A program made the translations under genes and the position numbers. Shown here piece after piece: positions 1-9,861 of a stretch of DNA of 64,000 bases; position 1 is the first letter of the stretch; each line of letters begins with the position of its first letter. The stretch is from NCBI GenBank assembly GCA_965248835.1, contig CBDFLJ010000001.1, positions 800,001-864,000 on the forward strand, read 5' to 3'. The notes below the pieces were generated by a model. The model made no database searches. It worked only from the letters and a program-made list of their open reading frames with translations, and was not told where the DNA came from. Source of the DNA: Alphaproteobacteria bacterium (lineage in GTDB: Bacteria > Pseudomonadota > Alphaproteobacteria > MPNO01).

Positions 1-1
1 C

Positions 2-415
2 GACATCGCCTGGCTCGACGGACCGGTGCCGGCGCTCGACCGGCTGGCGGACGCCTGGCGTGAGGATTCGATGGACGCGCTGCTGCTGATGAGCCGCGCG
101 GTGATCGCGCACGGCTATGAGGGCTGCGGCGACCATTTCATGGACGCGCGCGGCGTCTTGCGGCGGCGCGATGACCGCGACGTCTCGCCTTACGTTTTCG
201 CCGGCGTCCAGCTCCTCCACCCGCGGCTTTTCGCCGGCGCGCCGCAAGGCGCGTTCTCGCTCAACCGGCTCTACGACAAGGCCGAGACCGCCCGGCGGCT
301 GTTCGGGATCGTCCATGACGGGGAATGGTTCCACCTCGGCACGCCCGGCGCCCTCAAGCTCGCCGACGACCGGCTGCTCGGGCGGCCCGGCGCGCACGAC
401 TTTCATGTCGGATAG
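2..415 (+). CDS. Nucleotidyltransferase family protein (MurU-like), 5'-partial
   Basis: Open frame from the window edge; motifs YVFAGVQLLHPRLF and GEWFHLGTP; conserved position immediately upstream of addB. Confidence 0.85.
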   Translation, partial: DIAWLDGPVPALDRLADAWREDSMDALLLMSRAVIAHGYEGCGDHFMDARGVLRRRDDRDVSPYVFAGVQLLHPRLFAGAPQGAFSLNRLYDKAETARRLFGIVHDGEWFHLGTPGALKLADDRLLGRPGAHDFHVG

Positions 416-3359
416 CCCGGCGGCCGCGCCGCCGGGTGTGTTCACGATCCCGGCAGGGGTTCGCTTCGTCGATGCACTGGCGCGCGGCCTGCTTGAGGCG
501 AACGCCGGCGCGCCGGCCGCACTTGCCGCGATCACCGTATTGCTGCCCAACCGGCGGTCCTGCCGCGCGCTGATCGATGCCTTCGCCGGCCAAAGCCGGG
601 CCGGCGCGCTGCTGCTGCCGAGGATTGCCCCGATCGGAGAGGTCGACGCCGAGGAGGCGGTCTCGGCCGACGATCTGGACAACGCCGCGGACCTTGGACT
701 CCCGCCGGCAATCCCGGCGTTGCGGCGACAGCTCCTGCTGACCCGGCTCATCCTCGCCACGCCGGGCGTGACCGGAGTGTCGGACCCGGCCCAGGCCGCG
801 CGTCTGGCGCGCGAGCTCGCCGGGTTGCTCGACCAGGTCCACACCCAGCGGATTGGTTTCGAGCGCCTGGAAGAGCTGGCGCCGGCCGAGCTCGCCGCGC
901 ACTGGCAGATCACGCTCGGGTTCCTGCGGCTCTTGAGCGAGCACTGGCCGGCGATCCTGGACGCCGAGGGCGCGCTGGATCCGGCGATGCGGCGCAACCG
1001 GATCCTCGAGCGGCGGATCGAGGCCTGGCGCGCGCGGCCGCCGGCCGGGCCGGTCATCATCGCCGGCTCCACCGGCAGCATCCCCGCGGTGCGCGACCTG
1101 ATGGAATTCGTCCACGCCGCGGGCCTGGGTGCGATCGTCCTGCCCGGGCTCGACCGGACGCTCGCCGAGCCGGTGCTGTCCGCGCTCGGCCCGACCCACC
1201 CGCAACACGGGCTCGTCCAGCTTCTCGCCGGCCTGGGCCTCAGCCCGGGCGATGTCGCAGTTTGGCCTGGCGCCGAGCCCGCGCCGGAAACCGCGCTGCG
1301 CGGCCGACTGATCGCGACCGCGATGCGGCCCGCAGCGGTCCCGCCGGATCCGATCGATCGGGCGAGCCTGGACCGCGCGGTCTCCGCGGTGACGCGGATC
1401 GATTGCGCCGGCCAGCGGGAGGAGGCCGTCACGGTCGCGCTCCTTCTGCGGGAGGCGCTGGAGACCGAAGGCAAGACGGCCGCGCTGGTGACGCCCGATC
1501 GCGGCCTCGCGCGCCGGGTCGCGGCCGAGCTGCGCCGCTGGGACATCGAGATCGACGATTCGGGCGGCCGGCGGCTCGACCTGACGCCGCCCGGCGCGTT
1601 CCTGCGGCTGACCGCGCGGCTCGTCGCCGATCGCTGGGCGCCGGTGCCGCTGCTCGCCGCGCTCAAGCACCCGATGGCGGCCGGCGGGCGCGACCGGGGC
1701 GCCTTTCTCGGCCGGGTGCGCGCGCTCGAGCGCCGGGTGCTGCGCGGCCCGCGGCCCGAGCCGGGGCCCGACGGCCTGATCCGGACCTTGGAGGAAACCG
1801 GGGCTCCGGCCGATCTGGTGCGATGGCTCCAGGGCGTGTGCACGGCGCTGACGCCGCTCGAAGGCGATCGCGCCGCGCCGGTGGCGGCGTTGGCCGCGGC
1901 CCATGTCGCCTGTGTCGAGGCGCTGGCCGCCACGGCCGAAACCAGCGGTGCGGAGAGGATGTGGGCCGGCAATGCCGGCGAGGCGGCAGCCGGGTTCCTG
2001 TCCGAACTCGTCGAGGCCGGCCGCGACTTCGGCAAGGTCTCGGTGCAGGACTGGTCCGACCTCCTGGAGGCGTTGATGCGCCCGTTGGTGGTCCGCCCGC
2101 GCCATGGCGGACATGATCGGATCGGCATCTGGGGCGTGCTCGAAGCGCGGCTTATCGGCGCCGACCGGCTGATCCTCGGCGGGCTCAACGACGGCACATG
2201 GCCGGCCGAACCGGCGCCGGACCCGTGGATGAGCCGGCCGATGCGCGCGGCCTTCGGGCTGCCGCCCAACGAGCGGCGAATCGGCCTTGCCGCCCACGAT
2301 TTCGCCCAGGCCTTCGCTGCGCCGGAGCTGTTTCTTACCCGAGCGACGCGCCTGGCCGGGACGCCGACGGTGCCCTCGCGCTGGCTGCTGCGGCTGGAGA
2401 ACGCGGTCCTCGGACACGCGCTCGACCTGCGTCGGGGCGCGGCGCGGCCATTGGCATGGCAGGGCGCGCTCGACCGGCCGGCGAAGAGTGCCCTGCCTCG
2501 CGCTCCCGCGCCGACGCCGCCGCTCGCTGCACGCCCGCGGCGGCTTTCGGTGACCCAGGTCGAGACCCTGATCCGCGATCCGTACGCGGTCTATGCCCGC
2601 CATGTGCTCGGTCTGAGAGCGCTGGAGGAGATCGACGCCGACCCCGGAGCGGCCGAGCAGGGCACGTTCGTCCACCATGCCCTGGATGCGTTCCTGCGCA
2701 ACTTTCCCGCCGCGCTCCCGACGGATGCGCGCGCCCGGCTGCTCGACATGGGCCGGGCCGCGCTCGGCCCGCTGTCCACCCGTCCGGGCGTGCGCGCCTT
2801 CTGGTGGCCGCGCTTCGAGCGGGTGGCCGACTGGTTCCTGGCGCACGAGCGCGCGCGCCGTGCCGGGATCGCCCTGACCTGGACCGAGATCGTCGGCGAG
2901 ATGGCGATCCAGGCGCCGGCCGGCCCGTTCACCCTGACCGCGACGGCCGACCGGATCGATCTGACGACCGATGGACGGGTCGCGATCATCGACTACAAGA
3001 CAGGCACCCTGCCGACCAAAAGCGACATCGAAGCGGGCGTTGCGCCGCAATTGCCGCTGGAGGCGGCGATCCTCGAGACCGGCGGGTTCGAGACCGTCGC
3101 GGCGGCGCCGGTCTCGGAGCTCGCCTATTGGCGCCTCAGCGGCGGCAACCCGCCGGGCGAGACGGTCGCCATCGCCGATGCGGATTCCACCCTGATCGCA
3201 CGGACACGCACCGGGTTGGAGCGTCTGATCGCGGCCTATGACGACCCCGATACGCCCTATGAGCCGCAGCCCGATCCCCGGCTCGCGCCGCGCTATAGCG
3301 ACTACCGCCATCTGGAGCGATTGGACGAGTACGCCAAAGCGCGGGAGCCGGACCCGTGA
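405..3359 (+). CDS. addB: Double-strand break repair protein AddB
   Basis: ATG at 405 (MSDSPAAAPPGVFTIPAG); LLPNRRS, IIAGSTGS, TAALVTPDRGLARRV; C-terminal PD-(D/E)xK nuclease (ADRID...IIDYKTG); overlaps addA. Confidence 0.95.
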   Translation: MSDSPAAAPPGVFTIPAGVRFVDALARGLLEANAGAPAALAAITVLLPNRRSCRALIDAFAGQSRAGALLLPRIAPIGEVDAEEAVSADDLDNAADLGLPPAIPALRRQLLLTRLILATPGVTGVSDPAQAARLARELAGLLDQVHTQRIGFERLEELAPAELAAHWQITLGFLRLLSEHWPAILDAEGALDPAMRRNRILERRIEAWRARPPAGPVIIAGSTGSIPAVRDLMEFVHAAGLGAIVLPGLDRTLAEPVLSALGPTHPQHGLVQLLAGLGLSPGDVAVWPGAEPAPETALRGRLIATAMRPAAVPPDPIDRASLDRAVSAVTRIDCAGQREEAVTVALLLREALETEGKTAALVTPDRGLARRVAAELRRWDIEIDDSGGRRLDLTPPGAFLRLTARLVADRWAPVPLLAALKHPMAAGGRDRGAFLGRVRALERRVLRGPRPEPGPDGLIRTLEETGAPADLVRWLQGVCTALTPLEGDRAAPVAALAAAHVACVEALAATAETSGAERMWAGNAGEAAAGFLSELVEAGRDFGKVSVQDWSDLLEALMRPLVVRPRHGGHDRIGIWGVLEARLIGADRLILGGLNDGTWPAEPAPDPWMSRPMRAAFGLPPNERRIGLAAHDFAQAFAAPELFLTRATRLAGTPTVPSRWLLRLENAVLGHALDLRRGAARPLAWQGALDRPAKSALPRAPAPTPPLAARPRRLSVTQVETLIRDPYAVYARHVLGLRALEEIDADPGAAEQGTFVHHALDAFLRNFPAALPTDARARLLDMGRAALGPLSTRPGVRAFWWPRFERVADWFLAHERARRAGIALTWTEIVGEMAIQAPAGPFTLTATADRIDLTTDGRVAIIDYKTGTLPTKSDIEAGVAPQLPLEAAILETGGFETVAAAPVSELAYWRLSGGNPPGETVAIADADSTLIARTRTGLERLIAAYDDPDTPYEPQPDPRLAPRYSDYRHLERLDEYAKAREPDP

Positions 3360-6300
3360 CCGGCGCCGGCGGTCAGACCGTCGCTTCGCGGCCCGGCCTG
3401 TCGGCCTGGGTCGACGCATCGGCCGGGACCGGCAAGACCAAGGTGCTGGTGGATCGAGTGCTGCGGCTGCTGGTCGCGGGCACCGCGCCCGAGCGCATCC
3501 TGTGCCTGACCTTCACCCGCGCGGCCGCGGCCGAGATGGCCAACCGGATCCACCAGACGCTGGGCGACTGGGCGCGTGAGGACGCGGCGGCGCTGACCGT
3601 CAGGCTGGCCGGGCTTTTGGAGGCCGCACCGGACGAGGCAGCGCTCGACCGGGCGCGGGCGTTGTTCCTTGAGGTTCTCGACAGCCCCGGCGGGATCAGA
3701 ATCCAGACCATCCATTCGTTCTGCGAAAGCGTGCTCGGCCGGTTCCCGCTCGAGGCGCGAATCGCCCCGCATTTCGAGGTGATGGACGAGCGCACCGCCG
3801 AGGAGACGCTGCGCGCCGCGCGCAACCGAGTGATCGGCACGGCCGCGGCGGGGCTCGACGAGGCCCTGGCGTTGGTTTCGGTGCGCCTGCGCGAGGACCG
3901 GTTCGACCGGCTGATGGCGCAGCTCAGCGCCGACCGCGGCCGAGTGCTGGCGATGGCGCCGCCGGCCGAAGGCGCCATCTACCGCCATCTCGGCCTGCCC
4001 ATCGGACAAACCGAGCAGGACGTGATCGCCGGGGCAGCCGAGGATGCGGCCTTCGACGGCGAAGGGTTGGACCGCGCGGCGGCGGCGTTGGCCCGCGGCA
4101 GCAAAACCGACTGCGGCCGCGCGGACGCTATCGAGGCATGGATCGGCGACCCCGACGGCCGGATCGCCGGGTTCGATTCCTACGCGGCGGCATTCCTGAC
4201 CAACGAAAACGAGATCCGCGCCAGGCTTGTCACCAACAAGGTCGCCGCCGCCGCGCCGGAGATTGCGGAAATCCTGCGCATCGAGGCCGAGCGTATCCTT
4301 TCGGTGCGCGAGGTCTGCCTCGCCGCGGCGATCGCGGAATCCTCCTCGGCGCTGGCGCGGCTGGCCGTCGCCCTGATTGACGCCTACGATTCGGAGAAGC
4401 GCGCCCGCGCCCGTCTCGACTACGAGGATCTGATCCTCCATGTCCGGCGCCTGCTGCGGGGCGAGGCTGCGGCGGCCTGGGTGCTCTACAAGCTCGATGG
4501 CGGCGTCGACCATGTGCTGATCGACGAGGCCCAGGACACCAGCCCCGACCAATGGTCGGTGATCCGCGCCCTGACCGAGGATTTCTTCGCCGGCGAGGGC
4601 GCCCGCGAGGCCGGCCGGACCGTCTTTGCGGTCGGCGATCCCAAGCAGTCGATTTTCAGCTTCCAAGGCGCGGACCCGGCCTCCTTTGCCGCCATGCGGG
4701 ACCATTTCCGCGATCGGGTCGAGGCCGGCGGGGCAGGCTGGGAATCGGTCGCTCTCGCGGTCTCTTTCCGATCGACCGCACCGGTCTTGCGGGCGGTCGA
4801 CGCGGTTTTCGCCGATCTTGATACCCGGCGCGGGCTGGGCGGGCTGCCGATCCGCCACGCGATCCACCGTATCGGCCAGGCCGGCGAAGTTGTCCTGTGG
4901 CCGCCCGCCGCGCCGATCGATCACGGATCGGCGGATCCCTTCGACCCCGACGCGCGGCGCGCCGCCCACGAGCCGTCGTCCTGGCGGCTCGCCGAGGCGA
5001 TGGCCGAGACCATCGCCGGCTGGATCGCATCCCGCGAGCCGCTGCCCAGCCGCGGCCGGCCGGTCCGCGCCGGAGACATCATGGTCCTGGTGCGCCGGCG
5101 GACGGCGTTTTTCGAGCAGCTCGTGCGCGCGCTCAAGGCGCGCCAAGTCGGCGTCGCCGGCATCGACCGACTGGTCCTGAGCCGCCAGCTCGCCGTCATG
5201 GACCTGCTGGCGCTGGGCGAGGCAGCGCTGTTGCCGAACGACGATCTGACGATGGCAGCCGTCCTCAAAGGCCCGCTGTTCGGCTTCGGCGAAGAGGCGC
5301 TGTTCGCGCTCGCCCACGGGCGCGAGAACAAGAGCCTGTTCGCGCGCCTGGCGGAGCTCGGAGCCGGCAATCCCGACTTCGCCGATGCGCATGCACGGCT
5401 GGGCGCGATGCTGGCAGCGGCCGATTACGTCCCGCCGTTCGAGTTCTACACCCAGATCCTGTCCGCGATGGACGGCCGCGGACGCATCCTTGCCCGTCTC
5501 GGCCCCGATGCCGAGGACCCGATCGACGAATTCCTCAACCTCGCGCTCGACTACGAGCGCGAGCATCCGCCGTCCCTGCAAGGCTTCGTAAGCTGGTTCC
5601 GCGCCGCCGCGACCGAGGTCAAGCGCGACCTCGAGCAGGCCGGACGGGACGAGGTCCGCATCATGACCGTCCACGGCGCCAAGGGGCTCGAGGCGCCGAT
5701 CGTGATCCTCGCGGACACCATGCAGACCCCGGCAGAAATCTCCCGCCTGCTGTGGCCGGACGACGACCGAGGTCTTCCCGTCCTGCTGTGGCGGCCGCCG
5801 CGCCGTGACGAGGACCCGCGGACCGCAGCGCTCAGGGCGGAAGCCGAACGGCGCCGCGACGAGGAGCATCGCCGGCTGCTCTACGTCGCGATGACCCGCG
5901 CCCAGGACCGCCTTCATATCTGCGGCTACACGACCGCGCGGGAGCCGTCGGAGACCTGCTGGTACCGCATCATCGAGCGCGCGCTGGAACCGCTGGCCGA
6001 GCCGTTCGCGATGACGCTCGCCGCGCCGGAGATCGAGCGCTGGTCGGGTCGGGCGTTGCGTCTGACATGCCCGCAAGAAGCGGCGCCCGACCGCACGGAT
6101 CCGGTTGCCGCCGCGCCGGAGGCGGCGCACAAGCTGCCCGACTGGGCGAGCCGGCCGGCAGCACCCGAGGCGCCGGCGTCGAGGCCGGCCGCGCCGTCGC
6201 ACCTCGACGAGGATGCGACCACCGTGCGCTCGCCGCTGGGGGCGGATGGCGGGGCGGGGCTGCGCCGCGGCCGCGTGGTCCACGACCTGCTGCGGGCCTT

Positions 6301-6748
6301 GCCCGACATCGAAGCGGCGGCGCGTGCTGCGGTGTTGGCCGCGCACCTCGCGCGCCCGGTGCTGGCGCTTGCCCCGGCCCAACGCGAGGGGCTGGCGCGC
6401 GAGGTGCTCGGGGTCCTCGCCGCGCCCAAGATCGCGCCCCTGTTCGGACCCGGCTCGCTGGCCGAGGTGCCGATCGCCGGACGGATCGGAAACCGGCTTT
6501 TCTCCGGCCGGATCGACCGGCTGCTGATCGGCGAGACGGGAATCGACCTGGTTGATTTCAAGAGCGACCGGGAGCCGCCGGCGCGCGCCGAAGAGGTGGC
6601 CGCTTCCCATCTCCGCCAGCTCGCCGCCTACCGCGCTTTGCTGCAAAAGATCTACCCCGACCGGCCGATCCGGTGTGCGCTGATCTGGACGGTGGGGCCG
6701 CGCGTCATGGCCATCCCGGCGGCGCTGCTGGACGGCCACGCGCCTTGA
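3356..6748 (+). CDS. addA: Double-strand break repair helicase/nuclease AddA
   Basis: ASAGTGKT Walker A, LIDEAQDT, VGDPKQSIFSFQGA, MTVHGAKGLE, LLYVAMTRA, C-terminal GRIDRL..VDFKS nuclease. Confidence 0.96.
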   Translation: MTGAGGQTVASRPGLSAWVDASAGTGKTKVLVDRVLRLLVAGTAPERILCLTFTRAAAAEMANRIHQTLGDWAREDAAALTVRLAGLLEAAPDEAALDRARALFLEVLDSPGGIRIQTIHSFCESVLGRFPLEARIAPHFEVMDERTAEETLRAARNRVIGTAAAGLDEALALVSVRLREDRFDRLMAQLSADRGRVLAMAPPAEGAIYRHLGLPIGQTEQDVIAGAAEDAAFDGEGLDRAAAALARGSKTDCGRADAIEAWIGDPDGRIAGFDSYAAAFLTNENEIRARLVTNKVAAAAPEIAEILRIEAERILSVREVCLAAAIAESSSALARLAVALIDAYDSEKRARARLDYEDLILHVRRLLRGEAAAAWVLYKLDGGVDHVLIDEAQDTSPDQWSVIRALTEDFFAGEGAREAGRTVFAVGDPKQSIFSFQGADPASFAAMRDHFRDRVEAGGAGWESVALAVSFRSTAPVLRAVDAVFADLDTRRGLGGLPIRHAIHRIGQAGEVVLWPPAAPIDHGSADPFDPDARRAAHEPSSWRLAEAMAETIAGWIASREPLPSRGRPVRAGDIMVLVRRRTAFFEQLVRALKARQVGVAGIDRLVLSRQLAVMDLLALGEAALLPNDDLTMAAVLKGPLFGFGEEALFALAHGRENKSLFARLAELGAGNPDFADAHARLGAMLAAADYVPPFEFYTQILSAMDGRGRILARLGPDAEDPIDEFLNLALDYEREHPPSLQGFVSWFRAAATEVKRDLEQAGRDEVRIMTVHGAKGLEAPIVILADTMQTPAEISRLLWPDDDRGLPVLLWRPPRRDEDPRTAALRAEAERRRDEEHRRLLYVAMTRAQDRLHICGYTTAREPSETCWYRIIERALEPLAEPFAMTLAAPEIERWSGRALRLTCPQEAAPDRTDPVAAAPEAAHKLPDWASRPAAPEAPASRPAAPSHLDEDATTVRSPLGADGGAGLRRGRVVHDLLRALPDIEAAARAAVLAAHLARPVLALAPAQREGLAREVLGVLAAPKIAPLFGPGSLAEVPIAGRIGNRLFSGRIDRLLIGETGIDLVDFKSDREPPARAEEVAASHLRQLAAYRALLQKIYPDRPIRCALIWTVGPRVMAIPAALLDGHAP

Positions 6749-6773
6749 CCGGGCCGGGGCCCGGCCCTAGATT
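6745..6773 (+). promoter_or_regulatory. Putative sigma70-family promoter for trxA
   Basis: TTGACC-17 bp-TAGATT, ending 38 bp upstream of the trxA ATG; the spacer is itself an inverted repeat (gggccgg-ggc-ccggccc). Confidence 0.5.
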
Positions 6774-6811
6774 CCGCGCTTGGCGCAATCCAGTGCCGAC
6801 GAGGGCAGCTC

Positions 6812-7132
6812 ATGGCGACCAAACCGATTTCCGATGATTCCTTCGACACCGATGTCCTGAAGGCCGGTCGTCCCGTCGTCGTCGATTTCTGGGCGGAGTG
6901 GTGCGGGCCGTGCAAGCAGATCGGGCCGTTCCTCGAGGAAATCGCGACCGAGATGGCAGACACGCTCACGGTCGCCAAGCTCAACATCGACGACAACCCG
7001 ATGACCCCGACCAAGTTCGGCGTGCGCGGCATCCCGACGCTGATGCTGTTCAAGGATGGCGAGGTCGCCGCGACCAAGGTCGGCGCGCTGCCCAAGTCCA
7101 AGCTGGTCGAATGGATCGAATCCGCCCTGTGA
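6812..7132 (+). CDS. trxA: Thioredoxin
   Basis: [12 protein letters not shown] active site, 106 aa, addAB-trxA synteny. Confidence 0.97.
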   Translation: MATKPISDDSFDTDVLKAGRPVVVDFWAEWCGPCKQIGPFLEEIATEMADTLTVAKLNIDDNPMTPTKFGVRGIPTLMLFKDGEVAATKVGALPKSKLVEWIESAL

Positions 7133-7171
7133 CCGCCCCCTGCCCGGACCGGGCAGACGCGGGCGCCCCGC

Positions 7172-7357
7172 TTACCTGTGGCCGCCGCCCGCGTCCGGCT
7201 TGAGCAGGAACAGCCGGTCGCAATAGGGGCACTCGACCCGTCCATCGTTGGCCAGGCTCAGATAGACCCGTGGATGGCCCAGCACGCCGCCGCCGTCGCA
7301 GTGAACGTCCAGGTCTTCGACCTCTATGACTTCGGGCGGGTCGATCGGATGTGCCAT
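7172..7357 (-). CDS. Zinc-finger protein (zf-CHCC / NDUFS6-like)
   Basis: VHCDGGGVLGHPRVY...ECPYC motif; probable ATG at 7357. Confidence 0.85.
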   Translation of the reverse strand: MAHPIDPPEVIEVEDLDVHCDGGGVLGHPRVYLSLANDGRVECPYCDRLFLLKPDAGGGHR

Positions 7358-7410
7358 CTCGCGCGCGGTCGGGGTGTGGTTGCCGGGGTGCGGCTCGCAA
7401 AGAGCGCCGG

Positions 7411-8424
7411 ATGATACAAGATAGCGGGCGCGGATCAAGCGCGGCCGCCGCTCTTTCCCTGTTGCTGGTCGCTTCGTGCGCGCCGCGGATCGAGCCCGCA
7501 GGGCCGGCCGTCACCGCGCCGCGGCTGGAGCCCGGCCGGATCGTGGCCGCCGATGGCGCGGTGCTGCCGCTCCGGCGCTGGATGCCCGCGAAGCCGCCGC
7601 GTGCGGCGATCGTCGCATTGCACGGCTTCAACGACTATTCCAAGGCCTTCGAGAGCCCGGCGGGCCAGTTCGCCGCGAACGGGATGGCGGTCTATGCCTA
7701 CGACCAGCGCGGCTTCGGCGCGGCGCCAAACCGGCGGCTGTGGCCTGGCGTTGCCACCCTGGTCGCGGATGCGCGCAGCGCGCTGGCCCTGGTCCGGCGC
7801 GCCCATCCCGGTATCCCGGTGCACCTCCTGGGGCACAGCATGGGCGGCGCTGTCGCGCTGCTTGCCACCACCCGTGCTGACGGGCCGGACGCGGACGGTG
7901 CGATCCTGGTCGGCCCGGCGGTCCGCGGGCGCCGGCATCTGGGCGCGATCCCGCGCGCCGCGCTGTGGTTCTTCGCTCGAGTCGTGCCGTGGTTTCCGCT
8001 GACCGGAGAGGGTTTGCGTATCCAGCCGTCGGACAATGTCGAGATGCTGCGCGCTCTGCGCCGCGACCCGCTGGTCATCAAGAACACCAGGCTCGATGCC
8101 GTCCATGGGCTGGTCAATCTGATGGATGCGGCGCTGGAAGCCGGCCGCGGGGTGCGCGTGCCGACTTTGATCCTCATCGGCGTCAAGGACGAGCTGGTCC
8201 CGCGGCGTCCGATCCGCGCGCTACTGGCCAGCCTGCCCGAGGACGGCCCGGGCCGCGCGGCGGTCTACCCCAGCGGCTATCACATGCTGCTGCGCGACCT
8301 CGATGCCGCCCGCGTGGTCACCGACATCCTGGCCTGGATCGACGATCCGGGCGCTCCGCTGCCTTCGGGCGCCGACCGCGCGGCCGAGCGGTTCCGGGCT
8401 GCGGCACCGAAGTCCGCTCCATGA
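7411..8424 (+). CDS. Alpha/beta hydrolase (lysophospholipase-like), probable lipoprotein
   Basis: ALHGFNDY, YDQRGFG, GHSMGG nucleophile elbow, YHML catalytic His; LVASC lipobox-like. Confidence 0.88.
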   Translation: MIQDSGRGSSAAAALSLLLVASCAPRIEPAGPAVTAPRLEPGRIVAADGAVLPLRRWMPAKPPRAAIVALHGFNDYSKAFESPAGQFAANGMAVYAYDQRGFGAAPNRRLWPGVATLVADARSALALVRRAHPGIPVHLLGHSMGGAVALLATTRADGPDADGAILVGPAVRGRRHLGAIPRAALWFFARVVPWFPLTGEGLRIQPSDNVEMLRALRRDPLVIKNTRLDAVHGLVNLMDAALEAGRGVRVPTLILIGVKDELVPRRPIRALLASLPEDGPGRAAVYPSGYHMLLRDLDAARVVTDILAWIDDPGAPLPSGADRAAERFRAAAPKSAP

Positions 8425-8443
8425 GCCCGGCGCTTCCGCCAAA

Positions 8444-8472
8444 TTGCGCCGCCCGCACCCATTGCGTATTCT
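8444..8472 (+). promoter_or_regulatory. Putative sigma70 promoter of tRNA-Arg
   Basis: TTGCGC-17 bp-TATTCT followed by a GC-rich discriminator-like stretch just before the tRNA. Confidence 0.5.
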
Positions 8473-8482
8473 CCGCCGCGCC

Positions 8483-8558
8483 GCGCCCGTAGCTCAGTGG
8501 ATAGAGCACTGGCCTCCGAAGCCAGGGGTCGCAGGTTCAAATCCTGCCGGGCGCGCCA
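8483..8558 (+). tRNA. tRNA-Arg(CCG)
   Basis: Acceptor stem GCGCCCG/CGGGCGC, D-arm AGCTCAGTGGATAGAGC, anticodon arm CTGGC-CTCCGAA-GCCAG, T-loop GGTTCAAATCC, encoded CCA; 76 nt. Confidence 0.97.
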
Positions 8559-8620
8559 CCGCTCACGTGTCCGACCAGGGGACATAGGTAACGGAACGGC
8601 TCTAAGACGTGGCCGTCGCC

Positions 8621-9199
8621 TCACTCGACGAGGTGGTGCTTGCCGATTCGGTGGACCGTCGATGCCTGCGGGCCGTGCGGACTCTCTCCCTCGGCGATCG
8701 CGACGCGGACTTCACTGCCGACCTCCAGCTTGTCGAACTCCTCGCCGACGACGGCGTTGCCGTGGAAATAGATTTCCTGGCCGTCCGACAGGGCGACGAA
8801 GCCGTACCCATCCTCGGGAAAAATGCGGATCACCCGGCCGTGCGGCGGCGCCTCGTGCCGCTTGATGCGCCCGGCGGCCCGCCGCCGCCGGTCCTTGATC
8901 CGCCGCTGCGCGGCGTTGAAGACGTCGCGGATCGCGACATGGACGTCCTCGTGCTGGTGTTTCGCGCCGGAGTGGTTGTTGACGATGATCTCGCCGCCGG
9001 GGAAGGTGGCATCGATCCGCACCTGGAAGAGATTGCCCTTGGTGTGACGCCGCTCCGGCGCCTCGATGACGACGCGGCAGCCGGTGATCCGGCCGTGAAA
9101 CTTCTGCAGCCGCGCGACGTGCTCGCGCACCCGCGCCTCCACCGCCTCGGAAGGGTCGAGGCCCTTGAAATTGATCTGGAGCGGAACTTCCATCGGCAC
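8621..9199 (-). CDS. HPF/RaiA-family ribosome-associated protein fused to a C-terminal cold-shock domain
   Basis: N-term MEVPLQINFKGLDPSEAVEARVRE...CRVVIEAP (S30AE-like); C-term GYGFV...IYFH...GPQASTV (CSD RNP motifs). Confidence 0.88.
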   Translation of the reverse strand: MPMEVPLQINFKGLDPSEAVEARVREHVARLQKFHGRITGCRVVIEAPERRHTKGNLFQVRIDATFPGGEIIVNNHSGAKHQHEDVHVAIRDVFNAAQRRIKDRRRRAAGRIKRHEAPPHGRVIRIFPEDGYGFVALSDGQEIYFHGNAVVGEEFDKLEVGSEVRVAIAEGESPHGPQASTVHRIGKHHLVE

Positions 9200-9314
9200 G
9201 GTCTCCTTGCTACGTCAGCGGCGCTCAAAGCGACCCGGCATGACGATCATAGCCGGCGCACGGCCGGGCAGACGATTGAAAAATGGAGGCCAAGGCGATG
9301 GCGGTTGTGAAAGT

Positions 9315-9455
9315 GTGGGGCCGGCGCTCTTCCTTGCCTGCGAGGACTCGCAATGGGTGATCGGCTCAGTGGTCTATTGCGCCGGCGGATACGTCACCGC
9401 TGCGGCAGCGGATGCCGAGCACCGCGCGACCGAGGTGCCCTACCGGAGCGCGTGA
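9315..9455 (+). pseudogene. C-terminal remnant of an SDR-family oxidoreductase
   Basis: VGPALFLACEDSQWVIGSVVYCAGGY resembles the SDR C-terminal motif (ALFLAS..S..VTG....VDGG); no N-terminal Rossmann region upstream. Confidence 0.6.
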
Positions 9456-9462
9456 TCCCGGA

Positions 9463-9847
9463 TCAGCCGCCAGCCAGGCGCGGCTTGACCTCGTCGCGCA
9501 GCAACCGGGTCTGGCCGGCGACGACGCAGGTCATGCCGGCGTCTCGGAACGCCGCAAGCTTGCGCGCGCAGTTTGGCGAAGCGTGCGGGATCGCCAGTGG
9601 TCGTGGCCCAGCCGTCGGCGAGCCTGCCGGCCTTCTCGCCGGGCGGCACGGTCGCGAGTGCCGCCAACGTGCTCAGACAGTCGCCGCGCGCGCGATCGAG
9701 CGTGGTCACGCTGTCGCCGAGCCACAGATAATCGAAGCCCGCCTCCTCTGCGGCGGCCGCCTGGTCCCACAGCGGCGTAAAATCGGCGCGGCCGTCCGCG
9801 CCGATCAGATGACGGGTGTGCATGAGCAGCCCGAACGCGACGCTCAT
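9463..9847 (-). pseudogene. Luciferase-like (LLM) oxidoreductase collapsed by internal deletions
   Basis: N-term AAEEAGFDYLWLGDS...LAALA joined to mid-protein AGRLADGW, then, in another frame, C-term AFRDAGMTCVV...LLRDEVKPRLAGG-stop. Confidence 0.75.
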
Positions 9848-9861
9848 GCCGACAGCCCGCT

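Noticed and set aside
354-6739. Very long antisense ORFs (354-3419, 3302-6739; likewise 19276-23601, 42695-46063, 58880-61960)
   Set aside because: Shadow ORFs opposite well-supported genes; expected in high-GC DNA with strong codon bias; no recognisable motifs
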